A stretch of 63,725 nucleotides of DNA, filler included, from Candidatus Huberarchaeum crystalense (GTDB lineage: Archaea > Huberarchaeota > Huberarchaeia > Huberarchaeales > Huberarchaeaceae): assembly GCA_002790315.1 (NCBI GenBank). It is 5 parts of 5 records of this genome, joined end to end, with 100 filler letters (N's around TTAATTAATTAA, not from the genome) between each part and the next. Parts side by side here need not be neighbours in the genome. Positions count along the whole stretch, not along the records: positions 1 to 28,882 come from PFUW01000016.1; 4 more parts are not named here. The stretch is one strand, 5' to 3'. Shown in pieces: positions 10,150 to 18,304 of the stretch. Position numbers and translations under genes: made by a program. The first letter of the stretch is position 1, and each line of letters starts with the position of its first letter. The notes beneath the pieces were generated by a model, which was not told the DNA's origin, ran no database searches, and was given only the letters and a program-made list of their open reading frames with translations.

Positions 10150-10794
10150 ATGAAAATCCTCATTTATGGAGCAGGGAAAATTGCGCGCACAATTATGGAG
10201 AAAATTCATAATGCCAAATTTATTGTTGTTGAAAATGATGATATAAAATCTCAAAAAATAGCATCTTTGTTTCCAAACGCAAAAGTATTTAGTGGAGATT
10301 GCATTAACTCGCAAGTAACTCACAATGCAGGATTAGATAGTGCAGATGTTGTAATTGCTGCAACAGATGACGATAGTATAAATATTGCTGCAGCAGTGTA
10401 TGCGCGCCGATTTGTTCAAAATGTGATTGCTGTTATTCAAAAAGAAGAATTTTCAGAGGTTCTTAAGCAAATAGGTATTCTCCCTTTGCAACCAAATGAA
10501 ACAGCAGGTAAAACATGTGTTTTTTATTTAAAATACCCTTTAATTTATGATTTGATTCATATTGATGATGTTGGTTATAGAATGATAGAAATAAATATTG
10601 ATGATGAGTTTAAACCACTAAAATTAAAGGACTTGCCAGATAAAGTGGGATTGGTTGCTGCAATATATAGAAACAAAACCTTTATTAAACTTAATGAAAA
10701 CACAGATATTAAAAATAATGATTGTGTGCTAGTTATTTTTGATATGAAAGATTGTTGTGAAGAAGTGTACAAATTTTGGAAGTTTGAGGATTAG
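10150..10794 (+). CDS. trkA: Trk potassium uptake NAD-binding subunit
   Basis: ILIYGAGKIA Rossmann start, GD...AGLDSADVVIAATDDDSIN, TrkA-C domain; adjacent to trkH. Confidence 0.9.
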   Translation: MKILIYGAGKIARTIMEKIHNAKFIVVENDDIKSQKIASLFPNAKVFSGDCINSQVTHNAGLDSADVVIAATDDDSINIAAAVYARRFVQNVIAVIQKEEFSEVLKQIGILPLQPNETAGKTCVFYLKYPLIYDLIHIDDVGYRMIEINIDDEFKPLKLKDLPDKVGLVAAIYRNKTFIKLNENTDIKNNDCVLVIFDMKDCCEEVYKFWKFED

Positions 10795-10928
10795 TTAATG
10801 TTTTGGTGTTGTGTTTAAAAGTTTGGGGNNNNNNNATTAAAATTACCTTTCACTTAAATAATCAAATATCCTTTGGAAGATTTGGAGATTTTCTGAGGAA
10901 AATATTTGATTTACCTTAAATTAATATT

Positions 10929-11045
10929 ATGGGCAAACCAAAACTTAAAAAAGGAATCACAAAAAAAATGAGAGCGCGCGTACCGCACGGATTATGTATT
11001 AGTCACAAAAAAGTTGGCGGTAAACCTAAAGGTTCGCGCGTATAA
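10929..11045 (+). CDS. 38-aa highly basic microprotein (not in ORF track)
   Basis: MGKPKLKKGITKKMRARVPHGLCISHKKVGGKPKGSRV; clean ATG to TAA between AT-rich flanks. Confidence 0.55.
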   Translation: MGKPKLKKGITKKMRARVPHGLCISHKKVGGKPKGSRV

Positions 11046-11097
11046 AAAGAAATAATATTGGTATTAAAAACAGTATATTTCTAAGGAGAAAAAAATA

Positions 11098-12291
11098 ATG
11101 GCAAAAATAGCAACAAATACAAAATACATGATTGAAGCATCAATTGAAATTAAAGGCATAATTGAAGAAAAAGACATTGCAGGAGCAATTTTTGGTCAAA
11201 CAGAAGGTCTTGTCGAGACAAATTTGCGCGAACTTCAAAATCAAGGAAAAGTAGGAAGAATTGAAATTGAATTAAAAAAACAAGACAATGGAACATCTCG
11301 TGGCGCAATAAATATACCTACGAATTTAACCCAAGAAGAAACAGCAATAATTGCAGCATCAATTGAAACAATTGAAAAAGTTGGACCTTGCGAAGCAAAA
11401 GTGCACATATCTGCTATCACAGATGTTCGCATTGAAAAGCAACAAATAATAAAAAGTCGCGCACTAGATCTTCTTTCCAAAATGCGAAGCGAAAGTTTAA
11501 ACACGCGAGAGTTTATTCAAGATATAAAAGACGAAATAAAAGTGCAAAAAGCAGTTAAGTTTTTAGGAACAACAGCAGGACCAGATGTTGAAAAAAACAA
11601 AGATATAATTATAGTAGAAGGACGAGCAGATGTCCTTGCTTTGTTGCGCGCAGGTGTGAATAACTCAATCGCAATCGAAGGATCTAAAATTAAGCAAGAA
11701 GTTATTGACTTTGCAGATGGAAAGAATATTACTCTTTTTGTTGATGGAGACAAAGGTGGAGAGATTATTGCCCGAACAATTTCGCAAAAAATCAAAATAT
11801 CTTTTTTTGCAAAAGCACCTGACGGAAAAGAAGTAGAAGAACTATCTCCTAAAGACATCTTACTATCTTTGCAAAAAAAACACGGGCATCGACCAGAAGC
11901 AAGTGTTTTTGATAAACAGCATTCATTAAAAAAATATAATAATAATCTAAATTTGAGGTCTGCTTTTAAATCAAAGATTGTTGGCCCAGTTAAATCAAAT
12001 ACAAATCCTATTTTGAAAAAATATCTTCAAGAATTAGCAGGCACGCAAGCAATTTATTTGTTGGACTATAGAAATGCTGTGATGGCGCGCGTTCCGCAAA
12101 CAGATATAAATGAAGCGGTTTCACATTTTGGAAAAAAAATTAACTCTGTTCTTATTGATGGAAAAATCACACCAAAAATAGTAAAAATATTGCAAGGTTT
12201 GGAAAAAAATATAATTTTAGTTGGAACTGAAAAGGCAAGCAATTTAAAACAACCGGAAAATATTTTAATCTTCACAGAAAATGAAATATAA
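11098..12291 (+). CDS. dnaG: archaeal DnaG (exosome-associated, TOPRIM)
   Basis: GAIFGQTEGL, LRELQNQGKVGRI, VGPC, IIVEGRADV, FVDGDKGG, APDGKEVEEL. Confidence 0.95.
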   Translation: MAKIATNTKYMIEASIEIKGIIEEKDIAGAIFGQTEGLVETNLRELQNQGKVGRIEIELKKQDNGTSRGAINIPTNLTQEETAIIAASIETIEKVGPCEAKVHISAITDVRIEKQQIIKSRALDLLSKMRSESLNTREFIQDIKDEIKVQKAVKFLGTTAGPDVEKNKDIIIVEGRADVLALLRAGVNNSIAIEGSKIKQEVIDFADGKNITLFVDGDKGGEIIARTISQKIKISFFAKAPDGKEVEELSPKDILLSLQKKHGHRPEASVFDKQHSLKKYNNNLNLRSAFKSKIVGPVKSNTNPILKKYLQELAGTQAIYLLDYRNAVMARVPQTDINEAVSHFGKKINSVLIDGKITPKIVKILQGLEKNIILVGTEKASNLKQPENILIFTENEI

Positions 12292-13012
12292 AACTAACAA
12301 TTTAATAGAAAAATATCTAATAAAAAATGAAACTAATGTAAATCTGCGAGAAAAATATCTAATAAAAACAGCTGAAACATTAAGGGGTTTTGTTAACAAA
12401 GAGCTATTAATAATTCAAGCGCTTGTTAGTGCGCGCGACTTAGAAAACCATATAAATGAACAAGTAATGCACCTGATTGAATGGATGAGTTTTTTTGTTC
12501 CTGAATTAAAGTATCAAACCCCTGACAATTTTAAGTTTGTAGATCTTAGTGGAAAATTGTGTAGTGAAGCAATGAAAATAGAAGATATAACAAAACAAAC
12601 AGTTGGAGGAAATATTGATATAAAAGACAAGCAAACAATCTTGACTTTTTCTGAACTTATATTAAAAGGCAAGCTGGTGCAAGACAATCTTATGACTTAT
12701 AGTTATGTTGAGCTTAGAAAAATGATGCCTGCTTCTGTGGCATTGGTTGGTGAAGAAGTTGTTGGTGAACTTTTATTAAAGGCAGGCTCATTTAAAAAAT
12801 TAGCAAAATTACCTGCAAGCACAATTCAATTGTTGGGCTCAGAAAAAGCATTTTTTAGATTTTTAAAAACAAAACAACGCTCTCCAAAATATGGAGTAAT
12901 CTACAACACAGCGCAGGTTTCAAATGCTCAGGATAAAGACAAAGGAAAAGTCGCGCGCACTTTGGCAAATAAGTTGGCAATTGCAATTAGAAAAGATTAT
13001 TTTGGTAAGTAA
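12281..13012 (+). CDS. nop5: C/D box RNP protein Nop5
   Basis: AGSFKKLAKLPASTIQLLGSEKAFFRFL, SPKYGVIY, GKVARTLANKLAIAIRKDYF. Confidence 0.93.
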   Translation: MKYKTNNLIEKYLIKNETNVNLREKYLIKTAETLRGFVNKELLIIQALVSARDLENHINEQVMHLIEWMSFFVPELKYQTPDNFKFVDLSGKLCSEAMKIEDITKQTVGGNIDIKDKQTILTFSELILKGKLVQDNLMTYSYVELRKMMPASVALVGEEVVGELLLKAGSFKKLAKLPASTIQLLGSEKAFFRFLKTKQRSPKYGVIYNTAQVSNAQDKDKGKVARTLANKLAIAIRKDYFGK

Positions 13013-13040
13013 GCTAAAACAAAGGCCATATAAAAAATAT

Positions 13041-13661
13041 ATGTTTAACTTCTTACGCAATTTGCTCTCAAAACTATTCGGTTCTCGAAAAGAGTTGAAA
13101 TTAGGATTTTATGGCCCTCCAAATGCAGGAAAAACAACACTCGCTAATCGAATTGCAAAAGATTTTGCAGGTGTTGAAATGGGGGTTGTTTCAAATATTG
13201 CTCATGAAACAAGAAAAGTTACAGAAAAACAACACATTATTATTCAGCACAAGGGAAAAAAAATGACTTTTGCTATTGTTGATACTCCGGGCATTGCCAC
13301 AAAAATTGACTATGATGATTTTATTAAATCTGGACTGAAAAAAAACGAAGCAAAAAAAAGAGCAGAAGAAGCTACTAGAGGAGTAATTGAAGCGATTGAA
13401 TGGTTGGACAAAATTAATATAGTTGTTGTTGTTTTAGATGCTACTCAAAGTCCAATGACGCAGGTTAATATTACTTTGATTGGTAATATTATAGCTCGAA
13501 AAATTCCTGTTGTAATCGCAGCAAATAAAACTGACTTAAAGGGTTCAAATATAAAGGAAATAGAGGTTGCATTTCCACAATATTCTATAGTGCCAATATC
13601 TGCAAAAGAGGGCAAAAATCTTGACAAATTATATCAAAAAATATTTGAGGTCTCAAAATGA
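13041..13661 (+). CDS. oapA: Era-like small GTPase OapA (start moved to MFNFL)
   Basis: G1 GPPNAGKT, HETR, G3 DTPG, G4 NKTD, G5 SAK; followed by a DUF2073-like gene. Confidence 0.85.
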   Translation: MFNFLRNLLSKLFGSRKELKLGFYGPPNAGKTTLANRIAKDFAGVEMGVVSNIAHETRKVTEKQHIIIQHKGKKMTFAIVDTPGIATKIDYDDFIKSGLKKNEAKKRAEEATRGVIEAIEWLDKINIVVVVLDATQSPMTQVNITLIGNIIARKIPVVIAANKTDLKGSNIKEIEVAFPQYSIVPISAKEGKNLDKLYQKIFEVSK

Positions 13662-14035
13662 AAGACAATCAACTAAAAATTGTATTTTTGCCAACAAACA
13701 AATTATATGACAAAGGAGAGACAGACATATTTAAAAAAATAATTAGTGAAGTACAACAAGGCAATATTGTGCTTGTTGAGAAAAATATATCTCCTTTATT
13801 TGAAGGCCAACTAATTAAAGAAACAATGAAAAATGTAAGCGACACGTTTGAAGGAATTGAGTTTATTAGATTAGATATAAGTGAAAAAAATAAAAGCACT
13901 TTAGAATCAATAAAGACAATGTTGTCTAAATTTTTGGTAGGTGAGCGCGCTCTCACTCTCATCGGACCTTCATCAATTATAAAGAATATTAAACGCGATC
14001 CAAATACCATAGGTATGTATATAAATTTTAAATAA
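13658..14035 (+). CDS. oapB: DUF2073 family protein (OapB)
   Basis: KKIISEVQQGNIVLVE, LIKETM...FEGIE, LTLIGPSSIIKNIKRDP; overlaps oapA. Confidence 0.8.
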   Translation: MKDNQLKIVFLPTNKLYDKGETDIFKKIISEVQQGNIVLVEKNISPLFEGQLIKETMKNVSDTFEGIEFIRLDISEKNKSTLESIKTMLSKFLVGERALTLIGPSSIIKNIKRDPNTIGMYINFK

Positions 14036-14071
14036 AAACGCGAAAATATTTATTAGTTGGACAAAAAATAT

Positions 14072-14740
14072 ATGGAAATATGTTATTCTTGTGGTGCTTC
14101 TGAAATATATGAAGATGGTCTGTGCAAAAAATGTTTTGTTAAAAGAAATCCGCTGTTGCTCCAAATAAAGCCACAAAAGATTGTGTTTTGCAGATTATGT
14201 GGAGAGATAAAATATCGCATGAAAACATTTCATCTCCCAAAAGATAATATCAAATTTTTGTCTGAACTTAAAAAAAGTATAAAAGCAAATAAAAATATAT
14301 ATGAGTCAGTTAAATTAGAATTTAATCTTGATAATTTAATCCAAAACCAAGTTGTAGATGTTGTTGCGAGTTCAAAAGATATTGTTCAAAAACAAGTAAT
14401 TGTCTTTATTATTAGCAATTCACTGTGTCAAATTTGCCGAAAAAAAGGCTCTGAATTTTATTCTGTGCTTATACAATTGCGCGGGTTTGACGAAGAGACA
14501 ATAAACTCTACATTAAAAAACTACAACCAATACATATTCAAAATTGAAAAAGAAAAAAAAGGAGCAAATTTATTTTTTATAGACAGCAAAAAAGCAGAAA
14601 AATACATAGCTTTATTTATTGAATACCACAAGTCAAAGAACGCGCCAATAAATATTAAAACAAGCAAGAAAAATGATGGAATAGATCAAAGCGGCAAAAA
14701 GAGATACAAAACAACAGTGCTTCTACAAAGAAAAGTTTGA
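14072..14740 (+). CDS. nmd3: NMD3-family ribosome maturation protein
   Basis: Four CxxC pairs and the LCQICRKKGSEFYSVLIQLRG motif; alternative TTG start at 14057. Confidence 0.85.
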   Translation: MEICYSCGASEIYEDGLCKKCFVKRNPLLLQIKPQKIVFCRLCGEIKYRMKTFHLPKDNIKFLSELKKSIKANKNIYESVKLEFNLDNLIQNQVVDVVASSKDIVQKQVIVFIISNSLCQICRKKGSEFYSVLIQLRGFDEETINSTLKNYNQYIFKIEKEKKGANLFFIDSKKAEKYIALFIEYHKSKNAPINIKTSKKNDGIDQSGKKRYKTTVLLQRKV

Positions 14741-14802
14741 AGATAAAAGTGCAATATAAAAAGAAGTAGAATAAAGATAGCAGANNNNNNNNAAAAAGAT
14801 AT

Positions 14803-15564
14803 ATGATATATGATACCTACAAAATCGCTAAAATTGTTGAGTTAAGTACAGGTGAAAAGATCTTTGACAATGAAGCAGGATTTTTGAAATATATAGAAAC
14901 AGAAGAAGGACCTGTTGCGCGCGCAGGAATTGTTGGAACTGTTTTAGAAACACGAGTCAATAGCGAAAAAAATAGTGGATCTATTACTTTAGATGACACA
15001 TCAGGAATTATTCGAGTTCAAACTTTTGGTGAAGGTATTGCAAAAATCGAAGAAGTAAAGCAAGGTGACCTTGTTATTGTTTTTGGCAGCGTGCGCGAAT
15101 ATGAAAACAATATTAATTTACTTTTGCAAATTTTAAGAAAAATATCTAAGGAAGAACTGCAAGAACGAAAAGCATATATTGATTTTTTAAAAGAACATTG
15201 GCGAAAAATGAGTGAGCAAATTGCTTCGGATTTTACTGTTTTTGAAGGAAGTTTAGATGATTTTACAAAAATTATTGCTAAAAAATATCGACTGAGCTCA
15301 AACGAAGCAGAATCAATGGTTAAAGAAATAAAAGCAAAAAAATTACAGCAAAACGAAACTGCAAAAAAAGTGCAAGACAATGCTGACGAACAAATATTGT
15401 TGCAAGCAATACCTAAATGTGACCAAGAAAGAAGAGGGGCTACCACTGATGATTTGGCTGCTTTTACTGGGTTTTCAAAAGAAAAAGTTGAAGAAATAAT
15501 CAAATATGCAATTGACGAAGGCGATATTTATGAGCCATCGCCAGGCAGATTTAAAATTTTATAA
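14803..15564 (+). CDS. replication protein A, RPA32-like (OB fold plus C-terminal winged helix)
   Basis: ITLDDTSGIIRV...GDLVIVFGSVREY OB fold; C-terminal GDIYEPSPGRFK. Confidence 0.85.
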   Translation: MIYDTYKIAKIVELSTGEKIFDNEAGFLKYIETEEGPVARAGIVGTVLETRVNSEKNSGSITLDDTSGIIRVQTFGEGIAKIEEVKQGDLVIVFGSVREYENNINLLLQILRKISKEELQERKAYIDFLKEHWRKMSEQIASDFTVFEGSLDDFTKIIAKKYRLSSNEAESMVKEIKAKKLQQNETAKKVQDNADEQILLQAIPKCDQERRGATTDDLAAFTGFSKEKVEEIIKYAIDEGDIYEPSPGRFKIL

Positions 15565-15648
15565 GCTGTTTGTTGCCTAAAAATTGAAACAACAAATATA
15601 TCAAATCTCACAGAAAGCAAATTACTTAAAATTAAATAACAAAAACAT

Positions 15649-15861
15649 ATGGCTGTTGAACTAAGTATAACGCAAATAGGACTGATTATTTTAACAATAC
15701 TTGGGGGCATATTAATACTTTATTATGTTGGGTCTTGGTTTGCGACCATTATTTCTGGAGAAAAACTTATTGAAGTATTTTTGCTCTTTATTGATGGGTT
15801 TGTTCAACTCGGACAAAAACTAGGGGGCCTTGTTGGGTGGATAGGTCAGGTTTTTAAATAA
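15649..15861 (+). CDS. small membrane protein with a pilin-like N-terminus
   Basis: MAVELSITQIGLIILTILGGILILYY hydrophobic helix followed by an amphipathic tail. Confidence 0.55.
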   Translation: MAVELSITQIGLIILTILGGILILYYVGSWFATIISGEKLIEVFLLFIDGFVQLGQKLGGLVGWIGQVFK

Positions 15862-15945
15862 AATTATAAAAAAGCAAGTAAAACACAAATAATATTTTAA
15901 TAAATTCCTTAACTTAATAAAGAGCAAATCACAAATAATAATATT

Positions 15946-16077
15946 ATGGCAATAATAGATTATGGTGAAATAGCGAGCCTTTTGTTAATATTTGGATTTG
16001 CACCTTTTGTGCTTGTGGGTTTATATTTTTATTTTTATTTTGATAAGTTAAATAAAAATCATCTGCAAGACGCATAA
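15946..16077 (+). CDS. 43-aa single-TM protein (not in ORF track)
   Basis: MAIIDYGEIASLLLIFGFAPFVLVGLYFYFYFDKLNKNHLQDA. Confidence 0.5.
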   Translation: MAIIDYGEIASLLLIFGFAPFVLVGLYFYFYFDKLNKNHLQDA

Positions 16078-16093
16078 TTGCGACAAAAAATTT

Positions 16094-17077
16094 ATGGGTA
16101 CTATAAACAAAAAAGAAAAATTAGAGCCAATTTCAGAAATTCATCTTGGTCGCAAAACAGCTAATAACCTTGTTGATGATTATTTTGCAGCTGGCGGATT
16201 TTCAAGCCGCGACATTGCAACAGCAACAGATATTTTAGAAAAAATGCTAAAAGATGTAAAATGCACTAAAATTCTTTCTCTTCCATCCTCGATTGTTGCA
16301 ACAGGTCAGCGTGGATTAATTGCAGATGCTTTGAAAAATAAGTGGTTTGACGCAGTAATCGCAACAACAGGACTTCCTTCGCATGATTTGATTCGCGTGT
16401 GGGGGGCGCACTATTATTACGGCGATTTTTTAATGGATGAACATAATCTTGGTAAAAATGGAATATATAGGTTGGGAAATATCTTAATAAAATCTGAAAA
16501 TTATGGTGTGTTTTTAGAAGATCGTATGAAGCCAATTTTAGAAAAATTATACAATGTTGGAAAAAAAGTGTTTGCTCCTTATGAAATTATTTGGGAGTTC
16601 GGGCGCGAAATCGCAGAAGATAAAAAAATTACCCTCCAACTTAAAGAAGAATCAATCCTTTACTGGTCTTGGAAAAATAAAATTCCTATTTTTGTGCCGG
16701 GCATTACAGATGGTGCTTTTGGCTCACAGCTTTTTTTCTTTTCACAAACACATTTTGGTTTTGAAATTTCTGTTTTTAAAGATGAAGAAAAACTATATAA
16801 ATTAGTTTTTGACGCGAAAAGGTTGGGTGCCTTAATAATTGGCGGGGGAATAAGCAAACATCACACAATTTGGTGGGCACAATTCAACAAAGGTCTAAAA
16901 TATGCTGTTTATATTACTTCAGCACCAGAGCAAGATGGGAGTTTAAGCGGAGCAAGAACGCGCGAGGCAATTAGTTGGGGAAAAATAAGCCAAAATGCGC
17001 GCCACATAACAGTGCAAAGCGATGCCACAATTGTTTTGCCGATTATTTTTAATGCTGTTTGGGAGCGACAAAACTAA
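16094..17077 (+). CDS. dys: deoxyhypusine synthase
   Basis: PIFVPGITDGAFG, IIGGGISKHH, DGSLSGARTREAISWGKI, DATIVLP. Confidence 0.96.
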   Translation: MGTINKKEKLEPISEIHLGRKTANNLVDDYFAAGGFSSRDIATATDILEKMLKDVKCTKILSLPSSIVATGQRGLIADALKNKWFDAVIATTGLPSHDLIRVWGAHYYYGDFLMDEHNLGKNGIYRLGNILIKSENYGVFLEDRMKPILEKLYNVGKKVFAPYEIIWEFGREIAEDKKITLQLKEESILYWSWKNKIPIFVPGITDGAFGSQLFFFSQTHFGFEISVFKDEEKLYKLVFDAKRLGALIIGGGISKHHTIWWAQFNKGLKYAVYITSAPEQDGSLSGARTREAISWGKISQNARHITVQSDATIVLPIIFNAVWERQN

Positions 17078-17150
17078 CAAAATACACATTTGTTTTTCTG
17101 TTGTTCTTAAATTTAGTGTAGAAATTATCTAAATATTTTCTATATATATT

Positions 17151-18284
17151 ATGTCAAAAATTTCGCAAAAAGAAATACTTATAAAAAACTCTGTTCAAAA
17201 AATAAATTTAAAGGGGGTGGTGATTCGAAATAAGCGTGATTTGACTATTTTTTATACACCAGGAATAGCAGAAATATGCAAGCAAATTGCAAAAAACCCA
17301 GAAAATGTTTATAAATACACATCAAAACAAAACATGGTTGCGATTGTGACAGATGGAACGCGCATTTTAGGACTTGGAAAAATTGGACCTTTTGCAGGAA
17401 TGCCTGTAATGGAAAGCAAGGCCTTGCTTTTCAAGAAATTCGCAGACATTACTGCGGTTCCTATTTGCTTAGCCACAACAGACAAAGAAGAAATTATAAA
17501 AACAATCAAAGCAATTGAGCCGTCTTTTGGTGCTATCAATCTTGAAGACATTGAAAGTCCAAAATGCTTAGAAATCGAAGAAAAACTAAGTGTATCTCTA
17601 AATATTCCTATTTTTCATGACGACCAGTATGGAACAGCAATTATTGTATTAGCAGGGCTTATCAACGGATTAAAAGTTACGAAAAAAGATAAAAACGCAA
17701 AAATCTGTATTAATGGATGTGGTGCTGCTGGTGTTGGAATTGTAAAATTGCTGCTCGCCTATGGATTTAAAAACATTGTTGTCGCTGACTCAAAAGGGCT
17801 TATTTACAACGGTCGCCAAAATCTTAATTCAATCAAACAAAAAATAGCTCAAATTACAAATCCAAATAAAGAAAAGGGCAATCATATTAAAGCATCTCTT
17901 AGTGGTGCTGATATTTTCATAGGAGTAAGCGGAATCCCAAACTCAATTACACCAGAAAATATAAAAAAGATGGGTAAAAACGCAATAGTATTTGCTTTGA
18001 CAAACCCGCAACAAGACATTTCATTTGAATATATTAAAAATTGCAAAAATGTCTTAATTTATGCTTCTGGCCGCAGTGATTTACCAAATCAAATTAACAA
18101 TGCTGTTGTGTTTCCTGGCTTTATGAAATTCCTTTTGAAAAACCACATCAAAAACATAACAACCAAAATGATGATTCAAGCAGCAGAAACAATCGCAAAA
18201 TGCGTCAAAAACCCTACAAAAAACAAAATTGTGCCAAGTGCTTTTAGTAATGTAGCAAAAAAAATAACTGAAATAAAAGCATAG
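17151..18284 (+). CDS. NAD(P)-dependent malic enzyme
   Basis: YTPGIA, VTDGTRILGLG, PVMESKALLFK, INLEDI, FHDDQYGT, GRSDLPNQINN. Confidence 0.95.
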   Translation: MSKISQKEILIKNSVQKINLKGVVIRNKRDLTIFYTPGIAEICKQIAKNPENVYKYTSKQNMVAIVTDGTRILGLGKIGPFAGMPVMESKALLFKKFADITAVPICLATTDKEEIIKTIKAIEPSFGAINLEDIESPKCLEIEEKLSVSLNIPIFHDDQYGTAIIVLAGLINGLKVTKKDKNAKICINGCGAAGVGIVKLLLAYGFKNIVVADSKGLIYNGRQNLNSIKQKIAQITNPNKEKGNHIKASLSGADIFIGVSGIPNSITPENIKKMGKNAIVFALTNPQQDISFEYIKNCKNVLIYASGRSDLPNQINNAVVFPGFMKFLLKNHIKNITTKMMIQAAETIAKCVKNPTKNKIVPSAFSNVAKKITEIKA

Positions 18285-18304
18285 CAAAAAATAAAGATTG
18301 CATT

